A stretch of DNA of 64,000 nucleotides from Kiritimatiellia bacterium (GTDB taxonomy: Bacteria; Verrucomicrobiota; Kiritimatiellia; RFP12; UBA1067), in contig JBJEWD010000020.1 in NCBI GenBank assembly GCA_051884875.1, positions 26,930 through 90,929 of the forward strand, given 5' to 3'. The first letter of the stretch is position 1; each line of letters opens with the position of its first letter. The notes under the pieces are model-generated. The model saw only the letters and a program-made list of their open reading frames with translations, was not told where the DNA came from and ran no database searches. Made by a program: the position numbers and the translations under genes. Below are positions 38,881-48,727 of the stretch, one piece after another.

Positions 38881-40211
38881 CCTGAAATTGTCTCCTCGTA
38901 TGCTCTCATAGTCGCTTGGGCATTGCGACAGGGGTCATGGCGCACAAGTGCGAACTCGCGCGCGTTTTTAGCGTATACTTCGGCTGCTGTGGGATTTGAA
39001 AAATAATGGTCAATCATTACCGCAAGCGCAGCAGGATCGGAGCAAGGGACAAGCCGCCCGTCAACTCCGTTGCGCAAAACGGAAGGAATTCCGCCAACGA
39101 ATGTGGCAATTGCGGGCGTCCCTACAAGTTGGGCTTCGCCAAGCGAGTTCGGGCTGTTTTCGCAAAGGCTCGGTAATACGAACGTTTCCGCCCTGGCTAG
39201 TTCGTTTGCAACCTCAATCGCGGAGAGCCGAGGAAGCCCAACTACGTGCTTTTCTATTCCGAGCTCTCGGATGAGACGGCGCAGATACGACGTATACTGA
39301 TCTGCTTTGAGAATCGCCTTTAATGTACGTTTTGCGGTCAGCCGTTCCGCCGCACAGATGCGAAGCGAGATGTCAGGATATTTGTTTGCGAGAAATGCAA
39401 TAGCGCGAAGCAAGAAGTGGACACCCTTGAGCGGATACCCCGCCGCGGCGGAACAATAAATGGAATGCGGCCTTGTCTTGGCCCGGTCGCGACGGCGAAT
39501 GTAGAACTCACGCCGCAACGTCTCATTCACATGATGATATTTCGCGACCGGATTGAGCGCATTCGTCCAGGCTTTGTCCCACTCCGTCCTTCCCATGAAA
39601 TGCATATGGGTCTTGAAAACCAACTCCTCTTGAGGAACACGCTTTTCCCGCCATTTCGTCTGTTCCTTGAATATGCCCTGACCGTAAAGCACTCTACGCA
39701 AATTGAACTGGTCGACAAATACTTCTTCCGGGGCAAGGAAACCACCCACTTGTGGGTGGCATCCTTGCAGGATCCCCTGCAAGGATACCACTACCGGCTT
39801 GTCGCAATACACCTCTTTGCTCATCCTACCATAGAAAAACTCCGTACCATGGATGTGTATCACGTCAGGATTGAACTCGGCAATTGCGGCTTTCGCTTCC
39901 GCCTCCACGTCGACTGGAACTGATTCGCCGTATGTCGCTACGCCCTTGCCGAACGAGCGATGATGGACGTTCCCTGCTTTCACATCGCATTTTCTGGCGT
40001 CCGATGCAAGTATGAAATATTCGTTTCTCTCCCCATACACATTCCGCAATGCATCTAACTGCGATTGCATCCAGCCACCAACAACCTCCCCCGCGCATCC
40101 AATGAGATGGCAGGCGTCGGGTAGCAGACGGGATGTGATCCAAAGTATTCTCATTCCGACGTCTCCACTACCCGTCTGACCACCTTTGCCGGATTTCCGG
40201 CAACTATACAA
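38877..40211 (-). CDS. Glycosyltransferase family 4
   Basis: GT-B with a C-terminal motif PSLCENSPNSLGEAQLVGTPAIAT. Confidence 0.7.
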   Translation of the reverse strand: MYSCRKSGKGGQTGSGDVGMRILWITSRLLPDACHLIGCAGEVVGGWMQSQLDALRNVYGERNEYFILASDARKCDVKAGNVHHRSFGKGVATYGESVPVDVEAEAKAAIAEFNPDVIHIHGTEFFYGRMSKEVYCDKPVVVSLQGILQGCHPQVGGFLAPEEVFVDQFNLRRVLYGQGIFKEQTKWREKRVPQEELVFKTHMHFMGRTEWDKAWTNALNPVAKYHHVNETLRREFYIRRRDRAKTRPHSIYCSAAAGYPLKGVHFLLRAIAFLANKYPDISLRICAAERLTAKRTLKAILKADQYTSYLRRLIRELGIEKHVVGLPRLSAIEVANELARAETFVLPSLCENSPNSLGEAQLVGTPAIATFVGGIPSVLRNGVDGRLVPCSDPAALAVMIDHYFSNPTAAEVYAKNAREFALVRHDPCRNAQATMRAYEETISG

Positions 40212-40747
40212 TGCTCAGGCACGCTTTTTGACACTACGGCTCCGGCTCCGACAATCACGCCGCGTCCGAGTCTCACGCCTTTAAGTATAATCGCCCTCGC
40301 ACCAACAAACACATCATCTTCAATCACCACAGATCTGGCCTCTCCGCCCGCACCAGTGCGCCTCGCCGTAGCGTCAAGAGAATGGGCATCTGGATCCGTA
40401 ATCAATGCCCCACTTCCGATGAGCACATGATTACCAATGGTGATGGATTTGTGTGCACTTATCGTACAACCCGACATGCCGACATCATCTCCAATCCGTA
40501 CCATGGCATCGTGTTCGCAAGTCCTGATAAACACTCTTTGTATCACACCTATAGAATTGTATTTTGGAAGGCTACAGGCCGTCCACCGCTTTCCTATTGT
40601 TATTGTGCTTTGCCGACGTTTAATGATTAGAGGTCTGCCGCGCAGCAACCACGACCCCCTATACCTGACAGGCAATGCGATGCCGTATGCGAAGGACAAC
40701 GTCTTTGCCTTAATTTTCAATATGGCCTTTGCAATCTGCATTAGCAT
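40151..40747 (-). CDS. Hexapeptide-repeat (left-handed beta-helix) O-acetyltransferase
   Basis: IGNHVLIGSGALI...VGAGAVV...IVAGNPAKV. The start was moved to the internal MLMQ, 1 nt after the upstream stop; the track ORF begins at 41083. Confidence 0.7.
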   Translation of the reverse strand: MLMQIAKAILKIKAKTLSFAYGIALPVRYRGSWLLRGRPLIIKRRQSTITIGKRWTACSLPKYNSIGVIQRVFIRTCEHDAMVRIGDDVGMSGCTISAHKSITIGNHVLIGSGALITDPDAHSLDATARRTGAGGEARSVVIEDDVFVGARAIILKGVRLGRGVIVGAGAVVSKSVPEHCIVAGNPAKVVRRVVETSE

Positions 40748-40748
40748 C

Positions 40749-41933
40749 TTATCCTCTCCAATTAGCCACAGCATAAGGCATGTAAGTTTCTCTTGGCAGT
40801 TCTGGGCGGAAATGCCAAAGACGTAGATGATCCAATGCCTCCTCTTTCGAGAACTCGCCGCTACGTTGCTTTTGTAACGCTTCAATGGTTGAAAGTATCG
40901 TATCAACTCTATTGGAAATGAGATTTCGGGATCGGATATACTCCACTGTCTTCCGCTCATTTGCGGAGCGTACATCATCTGGCAACGAAAGAACGTTTCT
41001 GCACACTTCCACTGTGTCTCGCAACCGATATACAAAATGGGCGTGAATGTCTGGCTCGAATAATAAATCAAACCTTGGCACATATGCCATCACCAGTGAC
41101 GAACCAGACCCCGCGATAAAACAGGCACGATCAGACGAATACAACTCTTCTGCAACGCGGGGCGGTGCATCAACAACCACTTTGCTTCTCCGGAAAACCG
41201 CGACTTGCTCCCTGAACGGAACACCGCCTTTCGCTGCTGTACCTTTCCAGCCATAGCCATAGATTGCGAATCTGTCACCAAACGCCTTTACGAGTCGATG
41301 GACTACATATCTACGCTTCACTGCTGTTGGGATTGTGACAATCGGATGGCGTCCGAACATTCGCATGGAACGCCCTAGCATCAACACGTCATATTCCTTC
41401 TCAGGCATTGTGTCCGTCAAGGGGAAATGTTCCGGACAGTACGCATTCGGGAGAAAAACAAGATTTCGCGCACCGTGTTTTTTGACAAGTTCATCTGCTG
41501 TTCGTCCCATTGAGGTAGAGAAGAATGCATCGGCTTCTGAAACAAGCTCGGTCACTGATGGTGGCAGAGGGCGTCCAAGGCCAGACAGCGGCCCTGTGTC
41601 AAATAAATCGCCTATGCTCCCCAGAATCATTGGATGATTGAAGGATGCCTTGAGTGCTCGAACAAGCGAACGTGGATGTATCGCTTCGGGAGCATGAAAA
41701 AATTGGAAATAGACGACATCTGGTCTAAAGTCCTCGTTTGTTTCGCATACTGTTTGTTCGAGAAGCGGCCAGCCACCCTGTGCGTACAAACCTTGATAGG
41801 GAATGTTCCGATAGTTCTCGACACCAAATACCTTCAAGAGTGAAGCGTGAAAATCCGGCTGATCTTCGACACGGGATGCCTGTGAGAGGAATAAGAATCT
41901 CATGCCGTCACCTCTTTGAACAATTCTTCCCAC
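40749..41933 (-). CDS. CgeB-like (Glyco_trans_1_2/DUF3880) glycosyltransferase
   Basis: C-terminal GYGWKG...VVVDAPP pattern. Confidence 0.4.
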   Translation of the reverse strand: MGRIVQRGDGMRFLFLSQASRVEDQPDFHASLLKVFGVENYRNIPYQGLYAQGGWPLLEQTVCETNEDFRPDVVYFQFFHAPEAIHPRSLVRALKASFNHPMILGSIGDLFDTGPLSGLGRPLPPSVTELVSEADAFFSTSMGRTADELVKKHGARNLVFLPNAYCPEHFPLTDTMPEKEYDVLMLGRSMRMFGRHPIVTIPTAVKRRYVVHRLVKAFGDRFAIYGYGWKGTAAKGGVPFREQVAVFRRSKVVVDAPPRVAEELYSSDRACFIAGSGSSLVMAYVPRFDLLFEPDIHAHFVYRLRDTVEVCRNVLSLPDDVRSANERKTVEYIRSRNLISNRVDTILSTIEALQKQRSGEFSKEEALDHLRLWHFRPELPRETYMPYAVANWRG

Positions 41934-43069
41934 TGGTTTGCAATCCTTCTCACGTCAAATCGACTGACAGACCTTGTCGCATTCTGCGCCATCTCATGCC
42001 TTTTCGCATCGTCCGACACAAGAGAGCCGATGGCAGCCGCATACCTCTCAATATCAAACGCATCGACAAGCAAACCGTCTTCCCCATGATGAACGATATC
42101 GAATACCGACGAATAACTGGAAAATGCGACCGGTACGCAGCCATTGGCTTGCGCCTCGAAAAGAACGTTCCCAAAACCTTCGCGAGCGGAGGGGAACAAG
42201 AAAATCTTTGCCCTGGCAAAGAACGGCTGGGGATTTGACACGTACCCGCACATCTCAATGAAATCAAGCGAATGATCCCTTATGTATGCTTCGCATTTGC
42301 CGCGCTCCGGGCCATCGCCCAATATCTGGACACGCCAGTCCGAAGGCATCTCTTCTCGCTCCTTGAGGATGTTCAACGCCATCAATGCCCGCATCGCACC
42401 TTTTGCCTCGGACAGCGTTGCCACAAACACCATAAGGTTGTCTTTAGTATCGAGATTTAAGTTATCCGGCACACATTCCGTCGCAAGAGGATTATTGATC
42501 GCCCGAAGTTTGCGGCTGTCCCAAAGGCGGGCAACCGCCTTGAACTCCCCGTAGAAACGATTTGAGAGGAGAACATATAAATCACTATGGTCGTAAAGAA
42601 AGCGCTTGCGCCTGCCCTCGTAATAATACGGCAGACGGAGTCGACCATACTTCAAACCGTGCTTTAGGCGCTTGAAGAAGGTAAAACGTTCCGGATGCTC
42701 CTCCATGGTGCAATAGAAAGGGCAAGTATGTTCGCTTGTGATCACCTTTGCGGGAACATCGCAACCAAGAACGTTTTTCTCAATCCCCGCATATGAATCG
42801 CGAAACAAGATCGTCCCGATCTTGTTTCGCAACACGATCTCCTTGAGAAAACGTCTGTTCTGCTCCGAGAGAAGATGCTCAGAATCTGGCATCATGTAGC
42901 ACTTGACGCACTCTGGCAATGCCGTCATCACGCTCGTCCCATTGCCAGTCTGGTGAGAGAGAAACGAGACATCGTGTCCGCGACGCACAAACTCCTTTGC
43001 TAACGTAGCGGCAATTGTCTCCATGCCCCCAAAACCGGGGAATTGATGCATATAGAAGAGAATGTTCAT
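41900..43069 (-). CDS. Glycosyltransferase family 4
   Basis: MNILFYMHQFPGFGGMETIA, EGFGNVLFEAQANGCVPV. Confidence 0.75.
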   Translation of the reverse strand: MNILFYMHQFPGFGGMETIAATLAKEFVRRGHDVSFLSHQTGNGTSVMTALPECVKCYMMPDSEHLLSEQNRRFLKEIVLRNKIGTILFRDSYAGIEKNVLGCDVPAKVITSEHTCPFYCTMEEHPERFTFFKRLKHGLKYGRLRLPYYYEGRRKRFLYDHSDLYVLLSNRFYGEFKAVARLWDSRKLRAINNPLATECVPDNLNLDTKDNLMVFVATLSEAKGAMRALMALNILKEREEMPSDWRVQILGDGPERGKCEAYIRDHSLDFIEMCGYVSNPQPFFARAKIFLFPSAREGFGNVLFEAQANGCVPVAFSSYSSVFDIVHHGEDGLLVDAFDIERYAAAIGSLVSDDAKRHEMAQNATRSVSRFDVRRIANQWEELFKEVTA

Positions 43070-44088
43070 GAAAGAGCCTCCTTGAGGAATGCGATCGATT
43101 TATGCCGGGCGGGATCAAGCCCGCCACCGTTGGCCGCTTTGAGAAGAGTTGTCATGCGGCTGTCGCCAGACGTGCCATTCCTCAACGATGTGAAGGGACG
43201 GTTGAAGATAATTGAGAATGCTGTCCCATGAAAAGAATTGGTGACAACATATGCAGCACTTGTTATGTAAGCGAGAAAGTCGGACGGCGAATAAACATGA
43301 ATCCGCCGGAATATTCCAAACTGCGGCAAATGCCATTCGGCGCGTCCGTTGGTCATCACGACGATTCGCTTTGCACCAATCTCACATGCTTTCTCCAAGG
43401 CGATTCGCCGGGCATCATGGTGTCTGCCTATGATGTACATGAATACATACGGCTCAAACGGGAGAGACGCGCTTCTCTCTTCCTCCATAAGTGGCCAATA
43501 TTCTTCTGCATTGTGAAGCAATGTCGGATCGAGGACAACTTGCGCATCGACGTCAGCAATCCGCTTGACGGTTTCCGCGCCAGAGTCTTCCCGCACGGAG
43601 AGTGCGTTGAATCTTGGCAAACTTTTTTCAAGCATCTGCATATACTCATCGGGAAATGCATCAGTCCCTAAACTTGCACCATATGCGATGCGTTTTTTCC
43701 CATGAGGAACAAAGTCGAGCAGAAAGGCTGAATTCATCTCATTGTGCAACGGATTGAACACCTGGTCCGAACCAACTATGTAGGCATCGGCGTTGCGATA
43801 GCTGACACAGTCACCATACTGTGCGGGCGTCAGATTAAGATGACGGCGACGAAAGGCATCGCATCGCATCTTCCGCATCAGTTCATTCGGAAATCGCTTC
43901 ACCGTATAATATATTCCATGCAACGAGCCAAAGCCCCACCATTTGTCCCTATCTCCTCGCTCACGGCGATAATCGATTATCACGGCCTCATGGCCTAATT
44001 TCTCTACTTCCCGCTGCAATGCCCACGCCTGCAGCACAGCTCCGGCGTTGTTGGGTGAATTGTGGAATGTTAGAATTGCGACTTTCAT
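43066..44088 (-). CDS. Polysaccharide pyruvyl transferase (CsaB/WcaK family)
   Basis: MKVAILTFHNSPNNAGAVLQAWAL, the N-terminal hallmark. Confidence 0.75.
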   Translation of the reverse strand: MKVAILTFHNSPNNAGAVLQAWALQREVEKLGHEAVIIDYRRERGDRDKWWGFGSLHGIYYTVKRFPNELMRKMRCDAFRRRHLNLTPAQYGDCVSYRNADAYIVGSDQVFNPLHNEMNSAFLLDFVPHGKKRIAYGASLGTDAFPDEYMQMLEKSLPRFNALSVREDSGAETVKRIADVDAQVVLDPTLLHNAEEYWPLMEEERSASLPFEPYVFMYIIGRHHDARRIALEKACEIGAKRIVVMTNGRAEWHLPQFGIFRRIHVYSPSDFLAYITSAAYVVTNSFHGTAFSIIFNRPFTSLRNGTSGDSRMTTLLKAANGGGLDPARHKSIAFLKEALS

Positions 44089-45107
44089 AGTTCATCTGCA
44101 TCGTTCCCATGAATGACAAGAATGTCTGCAAGGCACTTTCGCGGCGAGAATGCCACATCAAATTCATCAGGCGCCAATCCGCACGACAGCAATGCGATGA
44201 TGGTCTCCGACCGTTTTACTTGCCGACCCAGCAGCCCCCGAGCGGCTTCATCATCTTCCTTGCTACGCGACCAATTGAGTACACAGTGCGCTATCTTGCA
44301 GTAATGCAACGCATAACACAGATTCATGAGGAACATGCCGCCGTTTGTAAAGACATCGTTGCGCTCGCCCGTGGAATCTATGCCTTCCAGATCAACCGTC
44401 ACAACAAGGACTTTGTCCGCAAACTGCCCAAACCCCCTGTTGCCTTTTTGCAGCATCAAAAGTTTTTGGCACGTCCCCTTGCCGGTCAGACAATGCACTC
44501 GCGTATACTGTCTGTTGCAGGCGCTTGGCGTAGTCAAGGCAATTTCAACAGCTGCTTTCACAAGCCCCATCGGCAATTCGGTTTGAGCATAATTCCTGAC
44601 CATGTGTCGTGAATTTGCAAATTCAGGGAAAGGTCTATTGTTTCTGGCAAAGAACTCGTCTCTGGTTATATGCGGCTGGCACGATGCCGGAATCATCGGA
44701 TAATGGGCAATCAACCCGTCAATCGTCTTCAGAAATTCTGCACTATCCAAATGTGCCCGATGCAGTTCTCTATACTCTTTGAGAACTCCAACGGCATGTA
44801 AGACCTGTGGATTCCCTGACCCATACAGAGAAACAAATTTTTCAATCAGCGAGGAGAGACGCACAACGGCATCTTTCCCGAACCCGAGACGGCGTTCGGG
44901 CATGGTAAGCCCTTTCTCGACAACATGGTATGTCATTATAATTTTGGCCAACAATGCATCACGCGAATGCGGATTGGCCCGCCCAGAATAATGCCAAAAG
45001 CGTGAGAAATCCCAGAGAAAATCTCTCGCCGCGATACGCTTGTCGCGTCCCATTACAGCATTTAGGATATTTCTTATGCGGATGGGCACCAGCTTCTGCA
45101 ACCTCAT
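44085..45107 (-). CDS. Nitroreductase-family domain protein
   Basis: PSACNRQ nitroreductase motif in the C-terminal half. The start at MRLQKL (track ORF begins at 45536) overlaps the flippase stop as ATGA. Confidence 0.5.
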   Translation of the reverse strand: MRLQKLVPIRIRNILNAVMGRDKRIAARDFLWDFSRFWHYSGRANPHSRDALLAKIIMTYHVVEKGLTMPERRLGFGKDAVVRLSSLIEKFVSLYGSGNPQVLHAVGVLKEYRELHRAHLDSAEFLKTIDGLIAHYPMIPASCQPHITRDEFFARNNRPFPEFANSRHMVRNYAQTELPMGLVKAAVEIALTTPSACNRQYTRVHCLTGKGTCQKLLMLQKGNRGFGQFADKVLVVTVDLEGIDSTGERNDVFTNGGMFLMNLCYALHYCKIAHCVLNWSRSKEDDEAARGLLGRQVKRSETIIALLSCGLAPDEFDVAFSPRKCLADILVIHGNDADEL

Positions 45108-46672
45108 ACAAACCTCTTCCTTATTCGCGCGATTCTGCAAGCCACGTATTCGCGTTCTTCTTTCTGTAGCACGATACTCCAAACAAGAGGCAACATCGTA
45201 ATCTCGGCAATAGCACTTGTGATGCACAACCGCAATAGTGTGGGAGGCAACATCGATCGCGGTATAAAACATGCGCCTGATGCGATGGCGGATACTATCC
45301 CTATCGGTAACACGATCTTGACAAGCCAAAATCTCATACCCATTCCCGCTAATTTGCGCGCGAACCATACACGACCGATTGCAGAAAGAGCCGTCATCGA
45401 GAAAAGGGCCGCGCCAACAGAATAAATACCGTAGCCCATTCCAGCAAGCACCCATGCGACGGGCAATGTAAGAATGAGACATCCTCCCAAGACAAACTGG
45501 TATAACGCAATCCTGCCCTTTGCGTTTACGGCACACATATGACCAATTGTGCTTTTATCCGCAACAAGCATGGCAATCATGCATAAACACAGCCCGGCAG
45601 CATATGTAGGTGGGTTTTTCAGCCAAAGTGTCATCACATTCGTTATCTCAACAGACAATGGGATTGCGAACATGAGCGTTAGGATCAATCCGAATTTGCA
45701 GGCCCTGTACGCAAGCGAACGCATCTTGGCATCGTCTCCTGCACCGCATGCCTGGGAAATTGCAGGCGTGAACGCACCCTGCATTGCCGCAGCAAGCGAG
45801 CCTGCCTGCCCATTGACCGTATTGGCGATAGACATGGCGGCATTTGCATTTGCCCCAAAATACTTATTTACGAGAATCGCTAATCCCTGCCCTCTGAAAA
45901 GCCCGCCAAGCGCACCGAAAGTATGCCATCCAGAATAGCACAAGAGAGATTTCACTCGAGCACGGTCCCAGCAAAGCCGAAGATTTATTCTGCACTCCGG
46001 GAAAACTCTCAATGCCCGCAGACATATGATAATCTGTGGCACAACCACGATGAAACATGTCCAGGCAGCATATCGGACAAGCCAGTTGGATGGATGCGAC
46101 GCAATATAATAAAGGAAACACGCTTGAAGCGTTGACGCTGCAATGCCATAAATTGTGAGTTCGGCTATATATTGCTTTGCCGTGTACATGGCTTGGAATG
46201 GCACGTTGACCATGGCGGACAAGCAAGAAATGCAGGCAAACCGGAACACCTGCACACACTCTCCCACTCGCTCGGAAGGGATGGCAAGCCAGTTGCGAAC
46301 TGCCCATTCCCCAAGCGGATAACCGACAACGACACAAACCAATGGAACTACAGAATGAATCATCAGAGCCGTATTGAACCAGCGTCTACACTCCAAAAGG
46401 CCCTCTTCATAACTTTCAGCATTGGCTGCCTTGCCTACTTCGTATGCGTAAAAACGACTTATTGCCGTCGCGGAAAGGCTATTGAAAAACGAAAGGAAGA
46501 ATGTCATTCCACCAACGACTCCATACAGCCCATACCCTTCGTGTCCAAGCGCCATCAACACCCATCGCCCGGTGAACAAGCCAAGAACAAGCGCGTACAA
46601 CGACCGTCCGTATGTCGCGACAATGTTCAGCATTATTCTGCGGTTAGGTGACATCCTCATTACTTGGGCCAT
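45104..46672 (-). CDS. Wzx-type oligosaccharide flippase (MOP superfamily)
   Basis: 522 aa with about 14 TM helices and a typical Wzx N-terminus. Confidence 0.8.
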   Translation of the reverse strand: MAQVMRMSPNRRIMLNIVATYGRSLYALVLGLFTGRWVLMALGHEGYGLYGVVGGMTFFLSFFNSLSATAISRFYAYEVGKAANAESYEEGLLECRRWFNTALMIHSVVPLVCVVVGYPLGEWAVRNWLAIPSERVGECVQVFRFACISCLSAMVNVPFQAMYTAKQYIAELTIYGIAASTLQACFLYYIASHPSNWLVRYAAWTCFIVVVPQIIICLRALRVFPECRINLRLCWDRARVKSLLCYSGWHTFGALGGLFRGQGLAILVNKYFGANANAAMSIANTVNGQAGSLAAAMQGAFTPAISQACGAGDDAKMRSLAYRACKFGLILTLMFAIPLSVEITNVMTLWLKNPPTYAAGLCLCMIAMLVADKSTIGHMCAVNAKGRIALYQFVLGGCLILTLPVAWVLAGMGYGIYSVGAALFSMTALSAIGRVWFARKLAGMGMRFWLVKIVLPIGIVSAIASGACFIPRSMLPPTLLRLCITSAIAEITMLPLVWSIVLQKEEREYVACRIARIRKRFV

Positions 46673-46678
46673 ATCACC

Positions 46679-47434
46679 CTAAATATGCTCCTCTACCCCC
46701 CTGAAATGCACATTCAGCGCATGCAGCGGCGCGAGAAGCGTTCCCATCGACGTCCCCTCCGTCATCTTGGCAAAGGCGTTGACGTCTTTCGGGAAGCACT
46801 TGCCGCCATAGCCGAACTTGCCATCGGGACCAGGCACGTATGTATGCGTGTCATTGATGTAGCCGGACAACAGGACGCCCGTATGCACCTTTGCCCAATC
46901 GCCGCCCATCTTCTCGACATACTCCTTGGCGGCGTTGAAATACGTCACCTTGTACGCGCCAAAGACATTGTGGATGTACTTCGTGAGCTCCGCCTCCAAA
47001 GGCGACATCACCGTGAACTTCTTGCCGGGGAACACCTTGATGAGCAAATCCACCGCACCCGTAAACACCATTGTCTGCTTTTTGAAATCCTCGATATGCG
47101 TCCGCTCAGTCAAGAACTCCGGCATGTAGCAAACCTGATGCCCCGTCTCCTTTGACAACCTGTCGCTGGTTCCCGGCAGAATCGTCGTCCGCACGAACAC
47201 CGGCACATTCGGCAGCCCTTTGATAAGCTGCGTCATCAAGGTCAGATCCTGCGTTCCGTCATCCTCCGTGGGAACATGGATTTGCAGGAACGCAATGTCG
47301 ATTCCGCTCAGATCGTCATTGTACCCTTTCGGCGGATCGCTGACAAAAACCTGAGCGTTCTTGTTGTTCTCCTCCAGCCATGCCTTCAACGCTCCGCCCA
47401 CGAAGCCGCAACCGATGATGCCTATCTTTATCAT
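46679..47434 (-). CDS. UDP-glucose/GDP-mannose dehydrogenase-family protein, short form lacking the C-terminal UDP-binding domain
   Basis: GIIGCGFVG Rossmann, PEFLTE, catalytic GGKCFPKD. It is 251 aa against about 390-440 for typical family members. Confidence 0.55.
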   Translation of the reverse strand: MIKIGIIGCGFVGGALKAWLEENNKNAQVFVSDPPKGYNDDLSGIDIAFLQIHVPTEDDGTQDLTLMTQLIKGLPNVPVFVRTTILPGTSDRLSKETGHQVCYMPEFLTERTHIEDFKKQTMVFTGAVDLLIKVFPGKKFTVMSPLEAELTKYIHNVFGAYKVTYFNAAKEYVEKMGGDWAKVHTGVLLSGYINDTHTYVPGPDGKFGYGGKCFPKDVNAFAKMTEGTSMGTLLAPLHALNVHFRGVEEHI

Positions 47435-47628
47435 TACGTTGACGCCCGCATCTTATGTCATACTTTTCCCATGCCGCGACGGTGCCGCGGCCCTCGGGTG
47501 TTTCCACCCACCGCGTCTCGGGCACTTGGCGCACCCCATGCCGGCAAAAACCGCATGAAAGGCGAAAAACGGGACGACGGCCACGATTCCAGCCGGAACG
47601 GCTACACCGGCGATCAAAAGCGCTTCCA

Positions 47629-48138
47629 TCAGACGGGCGTCCTCTCTTTCGGCAGCACCCGATTCTCAGGCGACAGCGAGACGGCTGCCGCCCCGCCAAA
47701 CGCCCCCATGCCAATGACGAGAGATTTGCCGCCACCCATACGGGTGGCACAGCCCTCCATGCCTTGCAGCGGCCCCTGCGCAACGCGGACGGTCTCGCCC
47801 GTGTTCCATGCAATCGGAACCGCCCGGACATCGCGTTCGTGCCGTATGGCCCTCGCAATGTGCCGCAACTGGTGTATGACCGGACGGGGCGCCGGCAGCG
47901 GTATCGTCGAGACTATCACGTTCGTCCGGAGGACCTGCACCCTCTTCTCGGCATTGTCGAACCTTGCGAGAACGTAACGCGGGAAGAGCGGCAATTCCGT
48001 CCGCACAATCCGCCTCTGCACCTTGCGCGTTCGCGTGTACATCGGCACGTAGTGCCAAACGTGCAGTCTCTGCATGATCGTACGGAGTTTCTTCTCCATA
48101 CGTGATTTTACCAGGAGCATGCACCACTGACCTGACAT
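47629..48138 (-). CDS. NusG-paralogue (UpxY/RfaH-like) transcription antiterminator heading the polysaccharide operon
   Basis: NGN-like WCMLLVKSRMEKK...LPLFPRYVLARFD and a KOW-like GETVRVAQGPLQGMEG. Confidence 0.55.
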   Translation of the reverse strand: MSGQWCMLLVKSRMEKKLRTIMQRLHVWHYVPMYTRTRKVQRRIVRTELPLFPRYVLARFDNAEKRVQVLRTNVIVSTIPLPAPRPVIHQLRHIARAIRHERDVRAVPIAWNTGETVRVAQGPLQGMEGCATRMGGGKSLVIGMGAFGGAAAVSLSPENRVLPKERTPV

Positions 48139-48727
48139 GGTGAATCAGTCGCCGGAACCCGAAATTCGAAACACTCCGCGCCCGTCAAGTATGCAGGCAA
48201 CTTGACTCCTGCCCATCCTGTGGGCGCGGGTAGGGAACGATCTTCCGTACACAGCCGTAACTCGGGGTTACGGCGTACAATGTACCAATTGGTTAGCAAG
48301 CATTAAGTCCAGAAATCCCCATTTTACGGGGTTTCTCCAATGCGGCGGGTTGCGCGAAAGTACGACATTTGCGGACAGACGATGCCCAGCCGCCCCCATT
48401 TTAGGGCGTTTTGGAAGCGATTCCCCATTGACTTAACACAAACGATTTGGTACATCTTTCCTCGTGCAGTAGCCCGCCGCCCGACGGCGCCACGACGGCT
48501 TTAGGCGTCGACGAGAACGCCCTGGCGAAGCTCCCTGAACTCTTCCGCGCTTATCAGCCCCCGATTCCTTGCCTTCTCAAGTTCCCTGAGACGGGTGCAG
48601 AGACTTGGCATGGCATTGAGGCTACGCTCAAGGGGGACTCTGTAGAAAAAAAATGCCCATGGGGTGAGGACGCGGACCCCCTAAAGTCGGCAATTTATCC
48701 TTGCAGATTCTGTCGTAGGCGAACGGA

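Noticed and set aside
48254-48284. Hairpin CCGTAAC/GTTACGG as a terminator
   Set aside because: No T-run follows it on either strand. It is retained only as a possible regulatory structure in the leader finding.
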